The notes below the pieces were generated by a model, which made no database searches, was not told the DNA's origin, and saw only the letters and a program-made list of their open reading frames with translations. The position numbers were made by a program, and so were the translations under genes. This document shows, piece by piece, positions 1 to 12,754 of a stretch of 64,000 bases of DNA (within the stretch, counting starts at the first letter, position 1; each line of letters starts with the position of its first letter). The stretch comes from Octopus vulgaris (Eukaryota): the NCBI GenBank assembly GCA_951406725.2, contig OX597832.1:28954001-29018000 (forward strand), given 5' to 3'.

Positions 1-29
1 TAATGGATACTTTCACACATTCATACACA

Positions 30-95
<66 letters not shown>

Positions 96-275
96 TATAC
101 ATATAGACATGCGTATATACATACGTACTGGTGTGTGAAAGTGTATATGGAAAATAGTTGTGTACACGACAACCTCCTGTATGCACATGCAGTTAAATAG
201 CTTTTAAATATGGACCAGTAATTGTCAAATAATTAACTGCAACAGCGGTATATACCCAAATATATGTGTACATAC

Positions 276-339
<64 letters not shown>

Positions 340-1497
340 ATATGTATATATGGGCGGGGGGTATGCATCATAGATAGAGCAGCCGTATATAGTTATCGCT
401 GGCTGCCATGACTAATGGCAACAGGTCTTGTCACGTGACAGTAGCTCGTTATAGAATTTATCTCACCGAAGGAATCTTTCGTTCGTACATTAACACACAC
501 ACGCATACACACACTCACACACTCACACACACACACACAAGCACACACACACACACACACAAGCACACACAAGCACACACACACTCGAACATACACAAAC
601 ATACACAAGCTATTATTCAGGCATACACACATACAAATTCCTTTTCTGAACAAACACGTCAACATTTACACAAATAAATATACAATCGTACACATACACG
701 TATATAAACACACACACACTCATTTACACACACATACACACACACACAAACACACACACTCATTTACACACACACACATACACTCATTTACACACACACA
801 CACACATACACTCATTTACACACACAGACACACACTCATTTACACACACACACACACACACACATACACACACACACACACACACGCAAACTTATGCATG
901 CACACCAATTCTTTTTCTCAGACACACAGCTACAACATTCACACAAATACGAATATACAGAAGCGTATACACGTATACATCCATACATGTGAATGTCTGT
1001 GTGCGTAGAGTACCGCAAGTGTTATCATAAACAAACTAAGAGTGCAGACGACAACAAGGAGCAGAATGCAATTAAGTTACAGTATTTGTTTGAAACTTAT
1101 TCTTCCGTGACTTAATCTTTCCTATCTACAGCAAAAACACTTTGTTTATCTCAATAATCAGAGGAATATAAATCCTCTCCATGTACTACTACAACATAGT
1201 AATGTCAACTTCCGGCTGTGCAGACGACTAGAGTGCAGTTTGTTTCCCATGGAGTCGCTTCACTTTCCTAGAATAAATATTTTAGTTTTGCTAATTCTGA
1301 AATTTTCTCAATAATAAATTCTGTCTTCATGTTGTATTTCAATGAAGTTCTTGATGTGTTCATAATGAAATTCAGCGAGGTAACTCCTTTTCTGATTGTA
1401 GTTTCATAATTTTTAGGGTGCTGAAAGATCGCTTCCAGTCTTGATTGCATCTGTTGAAAATCTCGGATCTTACGTTTAAAAAGTCATTTTTGTATAT

Positions 1498-1716
1498 CAG
1501 TGCTTTTCAAACTTTTTGCTGAAGCGGAACCCCAAGGAAACATTCTACTGGCTCGAGGAACCCCTGTGCAATAATTTAATAGTCTTCTACACACATATCT
1601 GCACAGGAGAATTAAAAATTACTGCCGATTTTAGCAGTTTTGTAACTTCTTGCGGAACCCCTGCACTGTACTGGCGGAACCTTAGGGTTCCGCGGAACCC
1701 TGGTTGAAAACCGCTG
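1498..1716 (+). mobile_element. Non-autonomous hAT (Charlie-like) MITE, copy 1
   Basis: TIRs CAGTGCTTTTCAAAC...GTTGAAAACCGCTG; degenerate 8-bp TSD ttgtatat/ttgtagag; homologous inverted copy at 33070-33270. Confidence 0.85.
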
Positions 1717-2135
1717 TTGTAGAGATACGTTACAAGGAAATTCTTTACAGAATTGCATAAGTTGTAGGTTCTTGTGGCCGTTCTTATACGAATAGCATCG
1801 CTCAAGATCTTACAAGCGGATGACGAATTCAGTTCCATTTTCTCTCCATTTCCAGATATTCTCGAATATTCTACCGATATTTATCTTTATCTTCTAAAAA
1901 GATCTATGAATAATGAAATAACGGTATTTGAGTATACCGTTCGCCATTATTATTTCACCTGTTTTCTCTCGTTGACCTTGTCTTGTTTTAAGGGGACAAC
2001 CATAGCCCAATAAATACCTGCCTTGTCATTGCATAACTAATTCGAAAGGGAATGAAGCACCGTTTCTACACGGGCAAATTCCCTCGTATCACTGCGGTTG
2101 TGTTTCTTGTAATTATACTTTTCTTGAATGTTGTA

Positions 2136-2270
2136 TTATTACCTCTGCCTTAGCGAAGGCGGGGGTATTGTTTTCAGTCGCGTTTGTTTGTTTGTCCCTG
2201 GACCAGATATCTCAAGAACCGCTGAATGGATTCGGATGAAACTTTCAGGGATGTTTGGCCTCGTGACCAA
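2136..2270 (+). mobile_element. Helentron-associated (HINE/DINE-1-like) element end, partial
   Basis: TTATTACCTCTGCC start folding into hairpin tacctctgcctt-agcg-aaggcgggggta, then (GTTT)n and 'tggattcggatgaaacttt', the layout typical of DINE-1-like elements. Confidence 0.5.
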
Positions 2271-2499
2271 ACACACGATTTTTCCTCTAAGAATAAAAAT
2301 TTGTTATTATCAATGAAATTAAGTCTAAATGTCTTGAGATTATCTCCCTTTATTTTGTGTGTTGCAAACAAATGTCGCTAGGTCTTTTTTTCCTCTCTCC
2401 TTAAATAAAAGGGTACATTCCATATTACTGAATATTTTTACGTCATTATTCAGCACATCATCACCTAGATGAATTATACACACACACACACATACATAT

Positions 2500-2595
<96 letters not shown>

Positions 2596-2707
2596 GCAAT
2601 AATATATATGCAAACATACATGAATATATGTATGTGTGTATGAGAGAGAGTGTGTGTGTGTGCGTGCGTTGATATGTATGTGTATATACGTATATATAAA
2701 TGCATAC

Positions 2708-2748
<41 letters not shown>

Positions 2749-2753
2749 CACGC

Positions 2754-2814
<61 letters not shown>

Positions 2815-3529
2815 CACACACATATTTGTGTAAGTATGTATATAATAATGTGTATATGTACGTGTGTGTGTGTGTGTGTGATATTTTCTTGTGATATTCG
2901 CTTTTTCCATTCCTTATCTGCAGTCGATTTCCTTCCTCCACCTTACCCTCTTCCACCCCCTTTTTTTCCGTATACTGCGAGTATTGTAGGGTGGGAGCTG
3001 TCAGGTACCCAGGTACTGACTTAATCGCGGTAGAGAATGTACACCTCATACATCTTACAAGACACTGATCGATTACTGGCTTCTATCAAAGAAACACATC
3101 ACCACTACCACCATCACCACCACCATCACCACCATCACCACCACCACCATCACCACCACCACCACCACTACCACTACTACTACCACCACTACCACCACCA
3201 CCACCACCACCACCACCACCACCACCACCACCGTCATGATAACCACTAAAAACATCGCCATAACCACTAAAAAAAGGAGATCCTTCGGTATTGGTCTACG
3301 GTGACATAGAGGAAAGTTGCGAGGGTGAATGATCACGTGTACCAATACCGAAGGATTGCCCCACAATCATCACCACCGCCGCCACCACCGCCGCCACGCC
3401 GCCACCACCGCCGCCACCACCGCCGCCACCACCGCCACCACCGCCGCCACCACCGCCGCCACCACTATCACCACAACCATCGCCATCACCGCCAACATCC
3501 CTCGTAGCAGCAACACCTTTCCGCTCTTT

Positions 3530-3543
3530 GTTTCCATAGCAAC
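3530..3543 (+). promoter_or_regulatory. RFX X-box motif
   Basis: GTTTCCATAGCAAC matches the 14-bp X-box consensus and lies in a short unique island between microsatellites; function not shown. Confidence 0.35.
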
Positions 3544-4904
3544 AAGGCTAGTTATTATTTGAGTAAGCCACTGATGATCACGGTGAGGTGAAATACCTGA
3601 CGCCTACCCTTTCCACCCCACCACCACCACGCCATTACCTGTTACGTTATTTACACCTGGTGACAATCTACTCACACCTCTCCCTCTCTCTCTTCCTCTC
3701 CCTCTCTCTCTCTTCCTCTCACTCTCTCTCTATTTATCTACCTATCTTTCTATCTATTTGTCCCCTATTTACCTGTTCTCCCTTTGCCCGTCCATAGGTT
3801 TGTACGTCTGTCTATTTTCTTGGATTTTATCTCTCTCTCTTTGTCCTTCTCTCTCTTTCTCCCTCTCTCTCTTTCTCTCTCCCTCCCTCCCTCCCTCCCT
3901 CTCCCCCTCTCACTCTTTCTCCTTCTCCCTCTCCCCCTCTCTCTCTTTCTCTCTTGTCTGACAATCTCTGCATGTCTTTCGATAACTCCCGTTTACCATT
4001 CTTGTGTCTGTGACCGTAAGCACTAAGTTACGGATGACGATGATGATGATGATGACTATGATATCGATGATGATGATGATGGCGATGACGATGGTGATGA
4101 TGATGATGACGATGACGATGGTGATGATGATGATGATGATGACGATGGTGATGATGACGACGACATTGCAATTCCGTCGTCCGATGTTCAAATTATCAAA
4201 AACCAGTGGAACACAAAATTAATTAACACGGTTTCTAATTGTGCAAAAGTCTTCCCTCTTCTTTTCCTAACAAAATAACAGCAACAGCAACGACAACACG
4301 AATAATGACGAAGCTTCTACGTGGTCATCTCAGCAGGTTAGAAATAACAGCTAGTGCCCATCTTATCGTCTGCAAGATGAAGTCACGTATTAAGAAATAC
4401 CGTCGGACATAACAGCGTGTTTTACATAAAGGCGGGATGGTCACGATGGGACATTTTTGATTATATGTCTGTTCAATTATTACTGGCCCGGTCTTAATCA
4501 ACAATCTAGAATGATTCCAATGAAGACGTCTCTACGTGGTCGCTAGAAACAAGAGCCAAACTCCTCCCTAATCATCCCTCGACATCTTAAAAGGTGGTGG
4601 GAGACTGTGACCGATTTAGTCCCAAATATGCAACAAAAGGGATGATTATTGTCGATTATATTTGATCATAATTCTACCACACCTCAGCTGACCGAGGGCT
4701 AAACACAAGCAACAAAAGCAACAATTCTATTACTCAGAATAATATCTAAAAGTAATGTTTAACGCTACATCAAAAAGGTTGTTCGACGTTACTACTGTTC
4801 AACCCCAGACAGAGCCTCAACCATTCAGTTATCGGTGCAGTCAGCATCCGGTATATATTGCAAGCAGGGGAGGGAACTCCCACCATCTTCTAGCAGACGA
4901 CAGG

Positions 4905-4955
4905 ATCGCCAGACCGAACGGTTTCGAGATATTTGAGCCCCTCTTCAGTGGTGAT
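4905..4955 (-). ncRNA. Type I hammerhead ribozyme, intact core
   Basis: Minus strand reads atcacca-CTGAAGA-gggg ctcaaata tctc-GAAA-ccgttcgg-TC-tggcgat. Stem I 6/7 bp, stem II 4 bp (two G·U), short stem III, GUC cleavage triplet. Confidence 0.85.
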
Positions 4956-5100
4956 AGCAGGAATTCGCTCCCGCTCTCAATATACAGAAAACCAAGCGAC
5001 CATCAGTCACTGATCTTGCAAGAAGTAAAGTAGCTAATTAGAAAAAATCTCAATAAGAGACTTAATTAACTTAATTATTTTTCAGGTCTTTTGTTCGAAG

Positions 5101-5823
5101 ATGTCGTGGCTGTGTGGTAAGAAGCTTGCTTCCCAACCACATGGCTCTGTGTTCGATCCCACTATGTAACCTGTTGGGTAATTGTCCTTTACTACCGATA
5201 GAATAAGTACTAGGCTTACAACGAATAAGTCCTGGGGTCGATTTCTTGACTAAAGGCGATGCCCCAGCATGGCCGCAGTCAAATGGCTGAAACAAGTGAA
5301 AGAAATAAAAGAAAGATACGGCGGGCTTCTTTCAGTTTCCGTCTACCAAATCCACACGCAAGACTTTGGTCGGTCCGAGCCTATCGTAGAGGACACTTGC
5401 CTAAGGTTGGGACTGAACCCGGAACCATGTGGTTGGGAAGCAAGCTTCTTACCTCACACCCTCGCTTGCCTGAAACCAACAAGCCCTATACATATGCATG
5501 TTTGCATGTATGTGTGTGCATATGCACATGCGCGCGTATATATATAGACACACACACACACACACATTTCCCAACCACATGGTTCCGGGTTCAGTCCCAA
5601 CCTTAGGCAAGTGTCCTCTACGATAGGCTCGGGCCGACCAAAGTCTTGCGTGTGGATTTGGTAGACGGAAACTGAAAGAAGCCCGCCGTATCTTTCTTTT
5701 ATTCCTTTCACTTGTTTCAATCATTTGACTGCGGCCATGCTGGAGCATCGCCTTTTGTCAAGAAATCGACCCCAGGACTTATTCTTTGTGTAAGCCTAGT
5801 ACTTATTCTATCGGTAGTAAAGG

Positions 5824-5828
<5 letters not shown>
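5101..5828. mobile_element. Cluster of SINE family B fragments forming an inverted duplication (arms 5181-5439 and 5568-5828)
   Basis: tRNA-like head tggctgtgtggtaagaagcttgct...gttcgatccc; body gtagacggaaactgaaagaagcc; tail gcatggccgcagtcaaatg. The arms are reverse complements of each other. Confidence 0.9.
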
Positions 5829-5873
<45 letters not shown>

Positions 5874-6109
5874 GTTATGTATATATGTGTGAGTGTATAA
5901 GGTGCCGCGATGCCAAACCATTTCTCGATGCCAGTGTAGTTCCTCCAGCCCCTCCTCCTCTGTTACCGATTCCATTAGACTATCTCGATTTTTAAGCGAT
6001 CAATCAGCTGTCAACGTGAACCAGGCAAACACTAACCTTGTTAAGTGAGCTGATTCACTGTTCGGAATGCGTGGTGACTGGCTGGGCGTAGGGTGTGCGT
6101 GTACGCGTA

Positions 6110-6870
6110 CGTGTGTGTGTGTGAGTGTGTGTACAAGTGTGTATGTGTGAGTGTGTAGGAATGCCTGTGTACAAGGGTGTATGTGTGTGTAGGGGTATGT
6201 GTGTGTATAAGTGTGTATGTGTAGGAATGCGTGTGCACAAGTGTGTATGCGTGTGTATAAGTGCGTATGTGTAGGAATGCGTGTGTACAAGTGTGTATGC
6301 GTGTTTATAAGTGTGTATGTGTAGAAATGTGTGTGTGTACAAGTGTGCATGTATGTGTAGGGGGATGTGTGTGTCTATAAGTGTGTATGAGTAGGAATGC
6401 GTGTGTACATGTATGTATGTGTGTGTATAAGTGTGTATGTGTAGGAATGCGTGTGTACAAGTGTGTATGCGTGTATAAAAGTGTGTATGTGTAGGAATGT
6501 GCGTGTACAAGTGTGTATGTGCGTGTATAAGTGTGTATGTGTGTGTAGCGGGATGTGTGTGTGTGTCTATAAGTGTGTATGTGTTGGAATGTACAAGTGT
6601 GTATGCGTGTGTGTACAAGTGTGTATGTGTATGTATAAGTGTGTAGGTGGGATGTGTGTATAAATGTGTATGTGTGTGTAGAAGTGTGTATGTGTAGGAA
6701 TGTGTGTGTACAAGTGTGTATGTGTGAAGAGAATATGTGTGTGTATAAGTGTGATTGTGTAGGAATGTGTGTGTATAAGTGTGTATATGTGTGTATTAGT
6801 GTGTATGTATAAGAATGTGTGTATGTGTGTAGAAGTGTGTATGTGTATACATGTGTGTGTATAAGTGTGT
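6110..6870. repeat. (TG)-derived minisatellite with about 20-30-bp units (gtgtgtatgtgtaggaatgcgtgtgtacaa)
   Basis: Recurrent aggaatg, tacaag and tataag punctuation within a TG background. Confidence 0.8.
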
Positions 6871-6982
6871 GTGGGGGGAGTTTGTGTATGGATTTACGGG
6901 TGTTTATATGGAGGTGTGTATGTACCTAGGTGGGAAGAGTGTGTGAAAGCATCGAGGCGTGTGTATGTATCTGTTGCTGTGG

Positions 6983-7016
<34 letters not shown>

Positions 7017-7037
7017 TTCTTTTCATGTAAGGTTACG

Positions 7038-7079
<42 letters not shown>

Positions 7080-8212
7080 TAGATAGATAGATAGATACAC
7101 GTGTGTCAATGTGTGTATGCATGTGTGTGTGTCTGTGTATGTATGTATATATGTGCGTTGGTATGCATGCATCTATGTATATTTGAATGTGTGTATGTAT
7201 ACATGTGTGCGTGTATGTGTGTGTACATGTGACAACAGATGTGTGCTATGTGCGTCGAACAAATCAAATACACACACACACACATGCACACACACACACA
7301 CACATGCATATACACACACGTACACATGCACGAAAAACGTGTATACTTGTCTGCATCAATATGTTTGTGTGTGTATGTGTGTATTTGTATGCATGTATGC
7401 ATGTATGTATGTATGTGTGTGTGTGTGTAAATAATGCGTGTGCGCGACGTTTGTCTTTTGTATAGAGGGAGGGTATGAGGGAGGCAGGAGGGGGGGGGAA
7501 GCAGTGGTTACCTAATATGTAAATACTGGTGGTGAGGGGAAGAGGTGGAGCGGGTGTGGGGGGGGTAGATACTGAACACGTAAACGGGATCAGCTCTTCG
7601 GTAAAAACGACAACCGCCGCCGCCCTCACACACCACCCTACGCTGCAACCACCATCATTATCATCATCATCGCCACCAGTCCCACCATCACCATCATCAC
7701 CACTATCATCATCAACATCATCATCATCATCACCACCACCACCACCGTCATCACCACCACCACTCTCCTCTTCATCGTCATCGCCACCACTACCACCCCC
7801 ACCCCCACCATTATCATCATCATCAACATCATCATCATCATCACCACCACCACCACCGTCATCACCACCACCACTCTCCTCTTCATCGTCATCGCCACCA
7901 CTACCACCCCCACCCCCACCATTATCATCATCATCATCATCATTATCATCGCCACCACCACCACCACCACCATGACCACCACCACTACCACCACCGTCGT
8001 CATCCTCATCATCAACACCACTATCATCATCATCATCATCATCGCCACCACCATCATCACCACCACCGTCGTCATCATCATCATCGTCACCATGATCATC
8101 ATCATCATCATCAACGCCACCGCCACCACCACCGCCGTCACCATTGCTGTTAAAACTAAACCAAATGACAAACCATTCTTTAAAGAACCTCTATCACCAT
8201 TTCGGTCTATGC

Positions 8213-8256
<44 letters not shown>

Positions 8257-8782
8257 CTGTCCCTCTCTCTCACTAATCCTCTCACTGATTCCCCCCTCTG
8301 TCTTCCCATCGCCTCTACCTCTCTCCCTCTCCCTCTCTTCCTCTCTTGTCTCTCCTGTCTTTCACTACTCTCCCAACTCTCTCTCCTCCGCTCCTGGATC
8401 CACTCCCCCCTTCCACCATTCCGCTTCTGCCTCCCTAAGCCCTTAATTCCCAAACATCGAAAACTTATCACCATGGTTACCACTCCAACGCATTGATGTC
8501 CCCTTTCAACAACCCCCACTCCACCCTCACCTCACCCTATCCCACCACATATCTTCCCCAATAAAATTGAACTCATCCCATCTGTTGGACGCACTACCAC
8601 CACCACCACCACCACCACCACCACCACCACCACCACCACCACCACCACCACCACCACCACCACCACCACCACCACCACCACCACCACCACCACCACCACC
8701 ACCATCACCACCATAAGCAGTTGTGTGCTAAGGTGTGTGAAGCATTGTCATTTTGAGGGACTTACAATTGTTTCTTTGTGTT

Positions 8783-8871
<89 letters not shown>

Positions 8872-9270
8872 CATCATTCTTTGTTGTGTTATTTGTGTTG
8901 TAGTTTCTGCTGCTGTTGTAATATCTATTGTTTTGTCTGTTGTATAGTTTATGTAGAACGCGAATGATATTATTCTATTGTAGGGTGTTTGTGTTCTATG
9001 CATTATTGCATGGCCGGTGTTGTGTGTTTTACCATCCGTTTATGGATGTATAACAACAATACACGCCGTGCAGTTCGCCTACTTTTATTGGGTGTTGATT
9101 GTGTAAAGTCAGAGTTATACATCGTTGGCCCTTATTCTACATAAAGAGTATTGTATTGTGTTGTTTCATTGGAGGTTTATCTTGAGTAGTTTAATGTGTT
9201 CGGTTCTGTTGTGCGATGCGGATTCCTCCATATTGCAGTATTATATTTTTCAGCTATTGTTGTTTAGATT

Positions 9271-10236
9271 CTTTTCTACACTTGGCACAAGGCCCGAAAT
9301 TTTGGCGGAGGGGGCCAGTCGATTAGATCGATCACAGTACGCAACTGCTACTTAATTTATCGATCCCCGAAAGGATGAAAGGCAAAGTCGACCTCGGCAG
9401 AATTTGAACTCAGAACGTAACGACAGACGAAATACCTATTTCTTTACTACCCACAAGGGGCTAAACATAGAGAGGACAAACAAGGACAGACAAACGGATT
9501 AAGTCGATTATATCGATCCCAGTGCGTAACTGGTACTTAATTTATCGACCCCCGAAAGGATGAAAGGCAAAGTCGATCTCGGCGGAATTTGAACTCAGAA
9601 CGTAAAGACACACGAAATACCTATTTCTTTACTACCCACAAGGGGCTAAACACAGAGAGGACAAACAAGGACAGACAAACGGATTAAGTCGATTATATCG
9701 ATCCCAGTGCGTAACTGGTACTTAATGTATCGACCTCCGAAAGGATGAAAGGCAAAGTCGATCTCGGCGGAATTTGAACTCAGAACGTGGCGGCAGACGA
9801 AATACCTATTTCTTTACTACCCACAAGGGGCTAAACACAGAGAGGACAAACAAGGAAAGACAAACGGATTAAGTCGATTATATCGATCCCAGTGCGTAAC
9901 TGGTACTTAATTTATCGACCCCCGAAAGGATGAAAGGCTAAGTCGACCTCGGCGGAATTTGAACTCAGAACGTAAAGACACACGAAATACCTATTTCTTT
10001 ACTGCCCACAAGGAGCTAAACACAGAGAGGACAAACAAGGACAGACAAACGGATTAAGTCGATTATATCGATCCCAGTGCGTAACTGGTACTTAATTTAT
10101 CGACCCCGAAAGGATGAAAGGCTAAGTCGACCTCGGCGGAATTTGAACTCAGAACGTAAAGACACACGAAATACCTATTTCTTTACTGCCCACAAGGAGC
10201 TAAACACAGAGAGGACAAACAAGGACAGACAAACGG
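9271..10236 (-). repeat. Head-to-tail tandem array of 5'-truncated SINE family A units (185-bp period)
   Basis: Units start at 9437, 9622, 9807, 9992 and 10176 with an identical junction gaaatacc|tatttctttact; homologous to the full-length copy at 10890-11119. Confidence 0.92.
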
Positions 10237-10343
10237 CTTTAAAAAATGTACTGGGGTCGTTTCATTCGACTAAAATTCTTCAAGGCGGTGCCCCATTATG
10301 GCCGCAATCTAATCACTGAAGCAAATATTAAATATATACATAC

Positions 10344-10375
<32 letters not shown>

Positions 10376-10399
10376 ATGTATGTATGTATGTATGTATGT

Positions 10400-10445
<46 letters not shown>

Positions 10446-10889
10446 ATATATAAGTGCTTACAGCCTTTTTGTAGAATGTTGAGTATTTCTTTTCGAAATC
10501 TTTGCTGAGGTTTGCTTGTCCTGCATTTCTGGGGTTCACATGGGAACTTAGAAAGGAGTGGACGTTTCTTGATGAGTTCCCGTCCGACCCATGGGATGTT
10601 TTTCTCTTTTGTTTTGGGGCGTTCGGTTGTTGTATTTAATTTGGTTCCCGCCGTTTAACAGCTGACGTCTGAGCCACGTCATACAGCACTCAAAGTCTGT
10701 CTGAACCGACCTTCAACTTATTCCTGCCTCTTTACTTCGGAGGTAGTCTGTCAATACGTACGAATATAGACGAGTATGTATATATGTGTGTGTGCATGTG
10801 TGTCTGTATATAAATGTGCGTGTGTGTCAGTATATATACATGTATGTGTGTGCTCATGCTTGTGTGCGTGCGTGTTCATATATATATAT

Positions 10890-11119
10890 ATTTCTTTATT
10901 GCCCACAGGGAGCTAAACACAGAGGGGACAAGCAAGGACAGACAAACGGATTAAGTCGATTACATCGACCACAGTGCATAACTGGTACTTATTTAATCGA
11001 CCCTGAAAGGATGAAAGGCAAAGTCGACCACGGCGGAATTCGAACTCAGAACGTAACGGCAGACGTAATACCCCTAAGCATTTCGCCCGGCGTGCTAACG
11101 ATTCTGCCAGCTCGCCGCC
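10890..11119 (-). mobile_element. Full-length tRNA-derived SINE family A
   Basis: Minus strand: ggcggcgagcTGGCAGAATCGTTAG (A-box)...GAGTTCGAATTCC (B-box)...tail ending gtgggcaataaagaaa; (TA)n on both sides. Confidence 0.9.
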
Positions 11120-11398
11120 CTATATACATATATATATATATATAGTGTGTGTGTGTGTGTGTGTGTGTAGCCACTCCAGTTAGTTGTGTCTGGTATGTCT
11201 GATCACGTGGCCAATCCTAAATTCCTCGGAAATCTGCGACCAGACATCTGAGGTGAATCCGTGGCTTTAATGAGTACGCAGCCACAGACTGTACTCCTCC
11301 TCACTCACATCTGCCTTTACACATGTAGAATGCACTGAGTTATACATACCGTACCGAAGTGGGTGTATAATAATGAGTACACATATGTGAAACACCTG

Positions 11399-11435
<37 letters not shown>

Positions 11436-11509
11436 GCACATATGCGCGAGTATAAACAATTAGAGCTAGACAGATACAGATAGATAGACAAACAGACGGG
11501 TATATCCAT

Positions 11510-11588
11510 GGGGTGGGGAGATGAAAAGTTCCTGGGTTTGGTTAAAAGAAAATACAGAAGGATCAGTTAATTATGATTTTATTCAACA
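11510..11588 (+). mobile_element. Possible mariner-like terminal fragment, interrupted by the Helitron end
   Basis: ggggagatgaaaagttcctgg...ttttattcaaca resembles mariner termini; no partner TIR found. Confidence 0.35.
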
Positions 11589-11659
11589 CTAGCAGTATCG
11601 CCCGGCGTTGCTCGGGTTTGTAAGGGAAATAACTATATAAGCATTTTTAGAGAGTTTAA
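11589..11659 (-). mobile_element. Helitron 3' terminal fragment
   Basis: Reverse complement of 52457-52527: subterminal hairpin cccgagcaacgccggg and CTAG end followed by T. Confidence 0.85.
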
Positions 11660-12289
11660 GGGGAGAAACCCTGTTTCTGGGGCTGATTGGTACCTGTTTC
11701 ACGGTACCAATTGAGCTTAGTGTCTTCAGCGAACAATAAACATAATTATTAATTCAATACGGATATCGTATCTAACGGCAGTTAGTAGACTCTACTGCAT
11801 GGGACCTGTTTACAGCTAGGTAGACTGGACTGTTCACTAACACAATGAAGTGAGGTCGATCATAGTTGAAGCTCAAGTTTGTTGTTTTGCTTGGGATTAT
11901 CAACTCAGGAATAACCTCTCTTTTTCTTCATTTATTTATTTATCTATCTATCTATCTATCTATTTTTATAGATATATCTATCTAATTTCTGTGTGTCAGT
12001 GTGTCACACTTTCACTCCCTCCCTCACTATTCAATGACATTTCTATTGTTCATACTGGGCTGAGAGTAATAATAGGCATTTAGACTCTGAGGGCGGTGGC
12101 GAAGACAGAGAGAGAGACAGACAGAAAGACAGAGAGAGAAAGATAGGAAGAGAAAGAGAGCCAAAGAAATTTAGGGAGAGTTGATGATGCTTTATTAAAA
12201 GTAGTAGTGTTGATGGTGGCAGTGGGAGTAATAATAACAGAGAGAGAGAGAAAGAGCGACTGAACACTGAACTAACATACTGAACGAAC

Positions 12290-12445
12290 ACACGCCCCGT
12301 AACTTAGCGGTTCGGCAAAAGAGACCGATAGAATAAGTACTAGGCTTACAAAGAATAAGTCCTGGGGTCGATTTGTTCGACTAAAATGCGGTGCTCCAGC
12401 ATGGCCACAGTCAAATGACTGAAACAAGTCAAAGAGTAAAATAGT
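12290..12445 (+). mobile_element. SINE family B, 3' half
   Basis: ccccgtaacttagcggttcggcaaaagagaccgatagaataagtac...tgactgaaacaag, matching the copies at 15175 and 27555. Confidence 0.85.
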
Positions 12446-12564
12446 ATACGTGTATACAAAATTAGTTGATATTATCTGAATTCCATTGAGAGAACCTTGT
12501 TCCTGAGTTTGAAACCGGTTCCTCCTCGGTTGCTAAGAATGGTGAACAACAAAACCAAAAGAAT

Positions 12565-12635
<71 letters not shown>

Positions 12636-12716
12636 CATAGACACTGAATACACACATACAAACGTGCACTCACACACGAATATAGAAATACACATACATA
12701 TACATACATTTATACA

Positions 12717-12754
<38 letters not shown>

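Noticed and set aside
3566-3605. CTGATGA...GAAA spacing here, and similar cases at about 11690-11735, 12480-12530, 13265-13300, 32535-32580 and 44240-44280
   Set aside because: At least two of the three hammerhead stems fail to form, or core bases are missing.
9437-10236. Regularly spaced repeats resembling a CRISPR array
   Set aside because: No unique spacers; the whole 185-bp unit repeats and is SINE-derived; eukaryotic context with no cas genes.
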